64,000 nucleotides of DNA, from positions 749,580,001 to 749,644,000 of the forward strand of contig NC_091282.1 of assembly GCF_032444005.1 (NCBI RefSeq). The letters are read 5' to 3'. A program made the position numbers and the translations under genes. Under the pieces are notes generated by a model. The model was not told the origin of the DNA, did no database searches, and saw only the letters and a list, made by a program, of their open reading frames with translations. This document shows positions 13,566-23,642 of the stretch, piece after piece. The DNA is from Ranitomeya imitator (lineage: Eukaryota). The stretch's first letter is position 1. Each line of letters opens with the position of its first letter.

Positions 13566-14556
13566 CCTTGCGCAATTTGTTTCCGTGCTTAACAGCAATG
13601 ACCGTAACATTCATCTTACATTTACATGGAGTCCGGATACGATTGATTTCTTGGATGTTACGATCTCCAGAGACACCGCAGATATGGCTCGGACGGACAT
13701 TTTTAGGAAGGCAACAGCCACTAATACGCTCCTCCATGCGTCCTCGGGACATCCATCCCATATGATCAGGTCTGTCCCTATTGGACAGTTCCTGAGATTA
13801 CGCCGTATTTGTTCTACAGAGGTAGATTTTGAGAAAAGAGCTTCGGATCTAAGGGAACGTTTTTTGGCCCGTGGGTACAGTAGTAGAATAATCAAAAAAA
13901 GCGTACCACAGGGCCAAACACACCTCGCGCCATCAATTGTTGTATGGGAATAAATCAGATACTGGACGTCGTGGCGATCAGGTGAGGTTTATTACCACCT
14001 TTAGCTCTCAAGCTGGTAGGGTGAGGTCTGCTCTTGAGAAAGCATGGCCGATTCTCAGGGTAGACCCCATAATTAGTAGATTTCTCCCTGATAAACCATC
14101 AATCACCTTTCGTCGCTCTAAAAATCTTCGAGACCATCTGACTAGGAGCCATTATGTGGGACCACATGTATCCACATTTTTGGATGGTGGCTCTGCTGGG
14201 GGTGGTTGTGTCCCTGCGGCAGATGTGTCGCCTGCCCTAATATTGATCGGAGTGCTACCTTCACGGACTCCAGCGGCATGAGAACTTTTGATATCAGACA
14301 GCGTATAACTTGTATTACAAGATATGTTATCTATTATGCTACTTGCCCTTGCGGCTTAATTTACGTTGGTCTGACAACCCGCCAGCTGAAAGTCTGTGTT
14401 AGGGAGCACGTCCTGGGCATCCAGGCGGCGGCTGTGCAGGCGGACACTTCCACCCTCAAGACATTGCCACGACATTTTAAATCATTTCATGATTGTGATG
14501 GCTCATTACTGCGGGTTCGTGGTATTGATACCAATTATCTAAACGGCTGGGTATGA
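13566..14556 (+). pseudogene. Penelope RT C-terminus plus GIY-YIG endonuclease (frameshifted)
   Basis: IDFLDVTI...DIFRKATATNTLLHASSGHP...IGQFLRLRRICS...RGYS (RT thumb). Cys-rich linker CGRCVACP. VIYYATCPCGLIYVGLT...REH...RHF (GIY-YIG). Frameshifts near 13900 and 14200. Confidence 0.9.
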
Positions 14557-15574
14557 TGGAGTCGCGTTGGATATGGACTTTAAAGACAGTCCATCCCCAT
14601 GGACTCAACGAGAACCTTTCCTTTGCCCCCTTTTTGTAGTCGCCCTGCCTCTGCGCACCTGCCATGTTTATAGTGTTGTGCTACGTTGCCATTTTTCTTT
14701 TATTTTTGTTTTTAACAAGTGTGTTTCTTTTTTAGTATTGCTATACCGTTTGTGGGCTCATGCCTGAAGTTTTATCTTTGAGTTGATGATGACATTGGAC
14801 ACGACGGCGGATTTCGCTTGGATCAACTATTGTCATTTCCTTGAGGGACCATTCCTACGTCTGGACACTATATTTGTTTATATGCGCAATATGTGGTGAC
14901 ATTCTTCATACTGTTATCTCCGATTTAATGTCCCATATATATGTAACACTGTTGTTTGATATACTATGTGCTACTGTCTGGAGTATATATGGATCTTCTT
15001 TGCTGTTCTGTTACTCATGTATATTGAGCTTAGATCCCAGCTTCCGTCCGTTCGTTATCCATTGTATTAATATCGTTATCTGTAATGGTCTATCTATCAT
15101 CGTTACATGTTGTCCTACATTCGGTATTTGTATATATTAGTTCTTTCCACTGTTCGTCCTGTAATTACTTATACCGCTAGTGCCATTTTGCCCATCCTTG
15201 CGTCTTTTGCCATGGACGCACTGTGGTGCAGGTGCTCCGCCCCCTGAGGTCGGTCTGTAACTTGGTCACATGGGGCCCCATGTGCTCCGGCGTCAGCTGA
15301 CCGGGTGGTGACGTACCTGCACGCCGCGGTTGCTGTCATGGTAACGTTTCCTTACTTCCGGGGTGTGCGCGTCCCTTAAGTTCTTAGTGGACACGGCAGC
15401 GTCATGATGTGCTGGTATGGTCGTTGCTATAACGACGTGCTGGCGACGCCCCCCTATTTCCGGCGCTACATCGCTGTGGGCTCTGGGCCTGTTGCTATTG
15501 CAACGTGGTTTTTTACTTCCGGTTGGTGCGGTTACATTCCCACTATATAAGACGGCACATGTGGACTCTCGGCA

Positions 15575-15618
15575 CGCCCCCTGAGGAGGGTTTATATAAC
15601 CGAAACGCGCGTCGGGGT
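15575..15618 (+). ncRNA. Minimal type I hammerhead ribozyme in the 3' pLTR
   Basis: CCCC-CUGAGGA(15581-15587)-GGGUUUAUAUAACC-GAAAC(15602-15606)-GCGC-GUC(15611-15613)-GGGG. Palindromic stem III ACGCGCGU. Confidence 0.85.
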
Positions 15619-16499
15619 CAGCGGTGTACGGCGTGGTGACGGGCACATATACCTGGGTATGTTTTTACGTCAGTTTACATGCTATATTGCAATATGCCCT
15701 ATATCCTTATGTCATCTGAATAAGTCGATTATGGCTATATATTTGGCTACGCTGTGACATGTTTATTTCACCTATGCATTGTCCATTTATATTATTGAGA
15801 TATGCCGTCCACGGCTCTTAGTGGGCACGTTTTGTGCTGCACTGTTGCATGTTCCCCCATGTTCCCCCTTTACGTGTTTTTATCTTATTATCTTTAATAA
15901 AGTACTACTTGCTATTTTGGACATAAAAGCTGTTGTTGGTGCTTTTTGGTTTGGTCTCAGTGTAAGGTTGCAGCTTGTCCTGCCTACGTCCATATTAGTG
16001 GTGGGGACTATTATTTCGTTCCATTGTTGGACCCTATATTTAGTTATCCTCTCCCCACATGTTTAGGATGTCATTTGTTGTGTATTCATTCTTTGAAATC
16101 TGCAGCGTTTCTGCGCAGATTTTTCTGCACCATGTGCACAGCTTTTTTTTTCACATTGATTTACATTGTACTGTAAATCACAGTGCAGTTCTGCAGCATT
16201 TCTGCTGCAGAAAAATCTGCTGCAGTTCTGCACTAAATCTGCATCGTGTGCACATAGCCTACCACTTTCATGAAGTACAATACGTCACAAGAATACAATG
16301 TCAGAATCACCTGGATCCATGAAAGCGTTCCAGAGTTATTACCTCATAAAGGGACAGTGGTCAAAATTGCAAAAATTATCCCGGTCATTAACCTGCAAAA
16401 CACCCTCGGGGGTTAAGGGGTTAAAGGGAACCTGTCAAAAGGTTTGGCCGATACGAGTTACGGCCACCATCTTTCAGGGTTGATATGTACCTGTAGAGC

Positions 16500-17395
16500 C
16501 CCTGTGTGATGTGTCAGAAAGGCTGTCATCATCTGACTAGACAGAACCATGCGGAACCAATCGGCACTGGAAGAGTTGTGGGGTGAACGAGTTCATGTGC
16601 GGGACCCGGTCAGGTGCCTTGGATGATGAAGTTCCTGGATATAAAGGTCCTGAGCACCAAACCACAGTGTGATTTGTTGGCAAGGAGATGAGCAGTGCGG
16701 ACGTGGGCCAGAGACGATGCTCAAGTCAGTGTTACAGGCATCAGTAGAGCGCGTGCAATGGCAGGATGCTGGCCACTGTTAGAGCCCGGATGACTCCTAG
16801 TGAGATCCGAAGACCTGACTACGTCGGTCAAGAACCAGATTTATGCCAGTCAAGAGGCAGAGCTCAAGGTCCAATCTGCCCCAGTCAAGGTCCAGAGGCC
16901 AGACGACAATGACCGGGACCCAAAGCCTAGCCCTCTTTCCTTTTGGCTCTGGAGCCACCTGCTGTCGGTCAAACACCGAAGATCCAAGAGGAGACTTCGA
17001 CCAGCGGAGGATGCTTGTGGTGATAAGAAGGAGACACAAATGAGATGGGTCGTTACTTACTAAACCAATGTATGGTACAGGAGTTAATCTGGGCAAGGAC
17101 AACATGTTGGGTGTGAGTCGGCTAGGGTAAAGGAAGCTCAGTATTCCTTGATAGACTTCATTAGGAGGATTTGCATCCTATTGGGAACACCCGGTGATCC
17201 TTGCTAGGGCCATTGTGTCAAGAGAAGCTTGCATAGCAGCTTTCCCCGGAGCAGGAGACTTCTCCGATTATTCTTGTTGAACTATAAGACTTATTCTGCA
17301 TTTTGTCTTGTATAACCCACTTGTGTTTGTGCTGTTTTCTATGGTTAAATTACTTCCCCAGTTCCACATATTCCTGCCATACGGAAAGCAATAAA
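16500..17395. mobile_element. Possible degenerate LTR
   Basis: TATA-like GGATATAAAGG near 16637, AATAAA near 17390, GC-rich interior, no ORF. Ends and TSD not resolved. Confidence 0.3.
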
Positions 17396-18984
17396 TAGTT
17401 TTGTTGTCTTTTCCGCCTTGTTCTCTTCTGTGCGTTGCATCCGGTCACCTGCTTACACAGATGTGCACACTGCAGAGAACAGAGCACCGCAGCTCCATAC
17501 ACTGTGTAGTGGTCATTCTTGGGTTCTGCAAATCAGCTTCTATTGAAGTTAATGATCTGCAGTACCTGAGAATGTGGGAGTTAAATGGGTTGTCCTGGCT
17601 TAGGAATCAAGTCTGCAGTCACACTGTGACTGCAAACTTGTGAATCCTCACATCGCACACATTAAATGCTGTCAGGATTCTTTGGTGCTGACGCCGGGGC
17701 ACAATGAACAGACCTGAGCTGTGCCACCTTCATACGCTGTATGTTTCTAGCTTTCTCAGGACTTGGTACCAATTAGTCAGTAGAGATGCTGGATGTTGCA
17801 CCCCACATGTTTGATATTGGTCACCCATCCTAAGGATAGACCATCTATATGAAAATCCTGGACAAGCTCCTCAAGTTCGAAGCCAATGGTAATACAAGTG
17901 GCAATGACAGGACCAGATATGATCTCATCCTGACACAAGCATTAGTCCATAGACCAAGCTTCCTTGTGGAAAATCTATTTTATGGCTCATATTAAACATT
18001 TACAACTCTGGCATTACTGGCAGACACCACACATAGGTATAAGAATCTGTTCATATAAGCAGGTGGCTTGGTCGGAAAAATGAAATGTTGGAAAGTCCAG
18101 GAACAATTTACTCATATAGGAAAATGAAATCCTTTGTGAAGGCAATTCAGGCTTCATTGACTCAAGTGAAAGCATTCAGCTTCACGGAGCTCCAGTCGAA
18201 GTTCTAATGTCTACATATGTTATACCATAGGGGGTAAATGATTCCTGTTATATTACATTGCGGCATGCAATGTCAGTGCTTAACCAACGGGAAGAGTTAG
18301 AATCAGAATAAGCATACATTTACGTAATACATGGTGACAACCTCACATCACCCACAGTATCATTACCTGATCGCTATCTAATTGTAACCCTTTTTGTGCT
18401 GTCATAAGCCATTCAAAAATAATACTTACCATATAGGTAGATGGAGGAGAATGACTGACTGGTCGGTTTCCTCCATCATCCCTCAATATATATGGAATTA
18501 TGCAAGTCCACTTTTAATTACATTTTTTTTTTCATTGCATGCATAGGACATATCATCAATCATTAAAGTGGTTATATAGACTTATAACATTGACGACCCA
18601 TAGATCGGAGGGCATCCAACATCTCTCACCTCCACCAATCAACTATGATTAGCTCCAGCGGCAGCCTGACATGACCGGCTTCTTCAACAAAATATCAGCT
18701 CCAGTTCAAGAGATGCCAGAAAATCTCTTTTGATGTCAAATATTTAACTTGTAAATCATCCCATAAATAAAACCCCCTGGTGCCGAATGATTGGCTCCAA
18801 AGTCACATCAAAACAGGGGCCACTGGTGGACCACTTCAAAATTAGCTAAGACAACATGATAAAGTAGGAGGGTGTGGTAAGATTTGGGTGCCCAAAAGTG
18901 AGACATATTCCCTAAGCCCTGGGTGAAGAGGCCGATCATCCCTGGTAGCAAGGTAGCTCTTCCAATAATAGCGGGATGCAGTTT

Positions 18985-19423
18985 TGTAAATGTAAAAAAA
19001 CAAACGCTACATACTTACATTCCCGGTGTCTGGTCATGTCCCTCGCCTTCAGCATCCCGCACTCACTGGTGAGCGCCGGCCAGCCGTAAAGCACAGCACA
19101 GCTGTGACATCACCACTGTACTTTACGGCCGGCGCTCAGTCAGTGCTGGAAGCTGAAGGCGAGGGACCTGACCAAACACCGGGAATGTAAGTATGTAGTG
19201 TTTGTTTTTTTACATTTACAACGGTAACCAGGGTAAACATCGGGTTACTAAGCGCGGCCCTGCGCTTAGTAACCCGATGTTTACCCTGGTTACCCAGGGA
19301 CCTCGGGATCGTTGGTCGCTGGAGAGCTGTCTGTGTGACAGCTCTCCAGCGACCAAACAGTGACGCTGCAGCGATCGACATCGTTGTCGGTATCGCTGCA
19401 GCGTCGCTTAGTGTGACGGTACC
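18985..19423. mobile_element. Truncated copy of the GGTACC-TIR Harbinger-like MITE family
   Basis: Matches the right half of 41302-42050, including the central GTAACCAGGGTAAACATCGGGTTACTAAGCGC...CGATGTTTACCCTGGTTAC palindrome. Ends GTGTGACGGTACC. Confidence 0.8.
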
Positions 19424-19599
19424 TTAAGTCCTAGATGTAGTTGTGTGATGGAAATATATATCATATAGATCTCACTTGCATATATACTCCTATATAATCA
19501 TATATACTCATGTATACTCATATAAATGCAAATATATACTCACAGCAAATATATACATTATAATCAATTGCTTAAAATGGCTGACATAAACTGATGTAA

Positions 19600-20041
19600 G
19601 GCCGGTTTCACATTAGCGTTCTGAGGACCTGCGGAGGGCTGCGGACTTCCTCTGTGAAGCCCCGTCCTTGGCTGCACCTCCGCCTCTAGCTCCACCTACT
19701 TCTGCATGTGGCCTGCGTACCTATCTTTAACATTAGGTATGCAGGTTGTGCCGCTGTATGCGGATGCTTCCGCATGCGTCGTTATGACGATGTGGTGACC
19801 AGCGTTGGACGCAGCGTGTAGCAATTTTTTTTCTCCGCATCGCTAAAACGACGCATGCGGAGGCATCCGCATACAGCGGCACAACCTGCATACCTAATGT
19901 TAAAGATAGGTATGCAGGCCGCATGCAGGCCGCATGCAGAAGTAGGCAGAGCTAGAGGCAGAGGTGCGGCCGAGGGCGGGGCTTCACAGAGGAAGTCCGC
20001 AGCCCTCCGCAGCTCCTCAAAACGCTAGTGTGAAACTAGCC
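19600..20041. mobile_element. Long-foldback Harbinger-like MITE
   Basis: TAA TSD (19597-19599, 20042-20044). About 190-bp inverted arms around a short loop. Confidence 0.85.
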
Positions 20042-21242
20042 TAAGCCAGACAGACTGTTTGGGGATTTCCAGCCAAAAGCAGAACAGCACCAGATGTACT
20101 AAGTGATGATCAGATGTCTCAACTTTGTCCTAGATGCAGACAGCTACATTTTAGTTGCTTAATCAGCATTCATAAGTGCATTAATCACAATATTCCATAT
20201 ATTTAGATAACCAATAACAGAGGATCTCGACAATATAGTAATTAACTAACCACCCCTAACCACCTCCTCTCTATATGCAAGTATAAAACCATGTATGTAC
20301 AATAAACTGTCAGTATTGGTGGAATGTTATTGTCACAATGGTGCACAGTGTTATTCTTGAGCGATCAAAATACTCAGTCTTATTGGGAACGGCCGCAGCA
20401 TACACAGGGATAGATTTATCCAAACCAAATTTCCGTAACAGTTGAGCCAAATGTGCAGATAGTACAAGAACATCAGAAAGTGTAGGCAACTAGTATCAAG
20501 CTGCAGGAGTGCAGTTATAAATTGCAGAGTTGTATAGTCAAACTGGTAACTTGCTTGGAGATTGCTACTGATCGGAATAAAAAAGTAGCAAATGTGGGGA
20601 GCACCATGATAGCAGAGATGACCTTGTTAGCATCACTTGCCACAGTAGAGAGTGGAATAGCACCTAGAATTGCTTGGTCATAATAGCTAGTTGCCTTTTG
20701 CAGGCAGGAGTAGTTGAGAACATTATTTAACACCTGGCTGGAGTAAATTTTAGAGGATGATGAGGCTGACTCCAGGAAAAGAATATGGTAACAGGGTGTT
20801 ACACTTCCTGAATACTCAGGTGGTGGTTGAACCCCTGAACATGCCTTCAAACACCTAGAATGATGGTGTCAAAGGGGCTTGTCAGTCTACCACAATAATC
20901 TGGTGCAGACTAGCACAGAGGGAGTTGACCATAGGGCTAGGAAGTGTAACCCAACATTGGAGCTGTGACAAGTGAGTACTAGACATTCTGTGGACGACAT
21001 CTTTCCATGTGCAGCCTGGATAAACTGAGAAGTCTCTCTAAATGCAAATAGAAAGGGACCTGTAATTCAAACTAAGCTGGGCAATGAGAAGCTTGAAGAA
21101 GCCACCCAGCAGACTCCTCCCTCCCATGCCCAGCTTAGTTTGATTGACAGGCCTCATCCTATATGGCAATAGGAAGGAGCCTGTAAATTAAGCCAAGATG
21201 GTGGATAAAAAGCTAAAGAAAGCCTTTGTCTCACTATGCTAA

Positions 21243-22131
21243 TGTGGCACCCCTAGGGGTATTTGCCACAAAAATAGTTACTGACAGTAAGTACAAATAC
21301 TAAAATAGCAAGACTGCACTACCACCTCCGGCCAGAAGGGGGAGCTCCAGAGACTCCCCTTGATCCATTCTGGTCTGAGAGAAGAAATGGCAGTTGGGCC
21401 AAGGAGCTGATAGTGAGAGGTCATACAGTTGAATCTCTAACAGCCCTGTGACTGTTACCAGGCCTAAATCACCGGCCTGAGGAGAAGAGGGATAGAGAAA
21501 AAGGACATTGTGAGAACCGGGTAGCATTAATCACTACCCAGAACAGGCGCAAAGACGGATACCGGATCCGTGGCTGTATTCATTATATATAATACAGCAA
21601 CCGGAAAAACGTGAGGTGATATCAGCTTCACTAGGGTCGGATGCAGCAACAGACACAGAGTTCAGCGGTACTCCCGGAGGGGGTAAACCGATAAAAGGAC
21701 TCGGGTTGCCCGTCGAACCAGGACCCGGAGGGGACAGATTGGGCCGGCAGCCAGTTCACATACAGCAGCAGGGCCACACAGAAATTGCGCACAATAAGAG
21801 GCGAAGACCCCGGCAGGGTCAAAGTAACTCAGAGTTCCCATACAGACTCCGGTGACAGGACTGGTTGTAAATCCTTTTATGTTAAAGTAAACTGGTTAAA
21901 CGTTTCAGTGCCTCAGTCTTTCATTTGGACAATAGCCATCTATCCAGGATCAGGATCGTCACCGCTGGGAGAACCTGCTGCTGATCAAGTAAGTGCCTGT
22001 CCCCTCATGATACCCCTTACACTGTGCATTGCCTGAGGCCACAGCACCGGGTCAAGCCACCCGTGACATCCCCCTCAAGAGACAGACTCCATTGGTCCGG
22101 TGCTGGGTATCCCGGTCTCCTGGGCGTCACA
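21243..22131 (+). repeat. 5' LTR
   Basis: TGTGGCAC...GGGCGTCACA. I saw one substitution versus the 3' LTR (CCCCTTAC vs CCCCTCAC). Confidence 0.97.
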
Positions 22132-22133
22132 AT

Positions 22134-22151
22134 TGGCGTCACGAACAGGAT
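22134..22151 (+). promoter_or_regulatory. Primer-binding site, tRNA-Ser(CGA) type
   Basis: TGGCGTCACGAACAGGAT, 2 nt after the LTR. Complementary to the 3' end (...AUCCUGUUCGUGACG-CCA) of a vertebrate tRNA-Ser(CGA) isodecoder as I recall it. Confidence 0.85.
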
Positions 22152-22601
22152 CTAGCCAGCCCGTATACCGGGTATTGTGTGCCGTGATTGGAGCCCAAAA
22201 CTGTGAAAACTGGGATGAAAAATCTTGAAAATTGACTTTATTAAAGAAAAATCCATTCCCCATTGAAAACTATTGAAAGTGACTTTTCCCCATTGGTTAT
22301 AATGGAGTAAAGATGGCCGCCATCCCCTGAGGTAATCACTTCATAACCGTTAGGCACGAGACTGTTAATTGAGCTACGCCATCACCTGAGCCCCAGTCTA
22401 ACTGAAAAACTTCAGAATCCGCCATTACAGAGCGCGGTGGGTGGGAGCAGCAGGGGGCGTGTCATTGTGGGCGGCACCAAGCTGAGCGCTCTGACATCAG
22501 AGCAAGGGGAAAATCGATCCTGCTGCACAGCGGAACGAATCTACACTATCCCGACGGAAGTGGAGGACCGGAAGGGTCCGGATTAACTAAGGGGGCACAG
22601 T

Positions 22602-23642
22602 ATGTCGCAGCACGGAGACGCCGCAGCACTCGGCAACGCTAATGCAGCTGAAAGACAGAGTGTCAATAGAGAGTCCGGCAGCGCAGCGGTGCAAGGAGTG
22701 GCGCCCATCATGCCGGTGCTGATGCCATATACCCCGGGTGGCCCATGGCTTCCAATGTATGAAGGTGAGCCTAATACCCTTGACGATTTCAGAAAAAAGA
22801 TGCTGGCCCATTTTGACATGTTCCCTGTGGGTGAAGTTCAGCGTGTTAGTCTCCTGATGATGCAGTTAAGTGGCCATGCTAAGCGAGAACTCACAGCATG
22901 GGCAGCTGATCTAAAAGGCACTGTTGAACGCATATTTGCTGGATTAAAAGCTACATTTGAAACCACGGCCAGCAGCAAAGCTAAAATACGATTCTTTAGT
23001 TGCAAACAAAAAGCTAATGAGGGCGTGAGAGACTTTGCCTTAAACCTGCAGGAAGCCCTTAAATCACTTACACTGGCTGAACCCATTTTTAACACCGGAG
23101 CGGATAAACTGCTAAGAGATCAATTTATTGAGGGACTCTACACCCCTTCTCACCGGGGGCATGTGAGCATGCTTGTTTTTAAGAACCCTGAATTGACATT
23201 TGCCCAATTAAAGGAGAGCGCTATACGTCTCCAGCTGGCAGAGGCACCTCGGGATCAGGATCCTGCGCAACCCATGGCAGAGGCACCTCAACAACAGGGA
23301 GTGCCAGTGACATCAGCTATGTCCGGGGCCATTGCTAAGCCCCTGGGGCCCAGTACTAATGAGGCTCTTCAACAAAAGCTTGACTCTTTAGCTGATGTTG
23401 TTGCTTCAATGGCTAAAACCATGCAGGAGATGAGAGGACACAAGATGGAGTTGGCAAACTGTAGAGAGGATGTTCCATGGATGAGACCCCGGAGATACCC
23501 GACATGGAGAGGACGACCCCGCGACCGCTACCAACCGGATGGACAGCCCATTTGCCGCCGTTGCCAGCAGCCGGGCCACTTTGCACGAGATTGTGATTTA
23601 AACGGGAATCCCCTGGGAATGCGGGCCGCTTCGCAGGAATGA
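22602..23642 (+). CDS. gag: Gag (346 aa) with CCHC zinc knuckle
   Basis: Open ORF. Capsid-like LRDQFIEGL. CRRCQQPGHFARDC knuckle. Confidence 0.95.
   Translation: MSQHGDAAALGNANAAERQSVNRESGSAAVQGVAPIMPVLMPYTPGGPWLPMYEGEPNTLDDFRKKMLAHFDMFPVGEVQRVSLLMMQLSGHAKRELTAWAADLKGTVERIFAGLKATFETTASSKAKIRFFSCKQKANEGVRDFALNLQEALKSLTLAEPIFNTGADKLLRDQFIEGLYTPSHRGHVSMLVFKNPELTFAQLKESAIRLQLAEAPRDQDPAQPMAEAPQQQGVPVTSAMSGAIAKPLGPSTNEALQQKLDSLADVVASMAKTMQEMRGHKMELANCREDVPWMRPRRYPTWRGRPRDRYQPDGQPICRRCQQPGHFARDCDLNGNPLGMRAASQE

Larger units (their letters stand above)
12607..16088 (+). mobile_element. Penelope-like retroelement (Neptune type), 5'-truncated, with inverted pseudo-LTR
   Basis: 13-bp TSD TTCTTTGAAATCT at 12594-12606 and 16089-16101. 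12607-~13566 is the reverse complement of ~14994-15952. RT-thumb and GIY-YIG remnants lie between. Confidence 0.92.
12396..16259. mobile_element. Harbinger-like MITE split by a Penelope-like insertion
   Basis: TIRs GGCTGTGTGCACACGATGCAGATTT / AAATCTGCATCGTGTGCACATAGCC. Same family as 1259-1646. Confidence 0.8.
8169..16420. mobile_element. Non-autonomous TTAA-target (piggyBac-like) element carrying nested insertions
   Basis: TTAA|CCCCTT at 8165-8174 and AAGGGG|TTAA at 16415-16424. Host sequence rejoins across the MITE at 12395/16260. No transposase ORF. Confidence 0.7.

Noticed and set aside
12913-15646. Duplicated 117-aa ORFs (12913-13266 + and 15293-15646 -) as a novel gene pair
   Set aside because: They are antisense readings of the duplicated Penelope pLTR, with no recognisable domain.
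20515-20850. 111-aa minus-strand ORF in apparently unique sequence as a host exon
   Set aside because: No recognisable domain or convincing splice context. A tBLASTn or RNA-seq check would be needed to revive it.
21300-22036. Short ORFs repeated identically at 28315-29051
   Set aside because: A by-product of LTR duplication, with no protein motifs.
22134-22151. tRNA gene
   Set aside because: Only the 18-nt complement of a tRNA 3' end (a PBS). No cloverleaf or A/B boxes.
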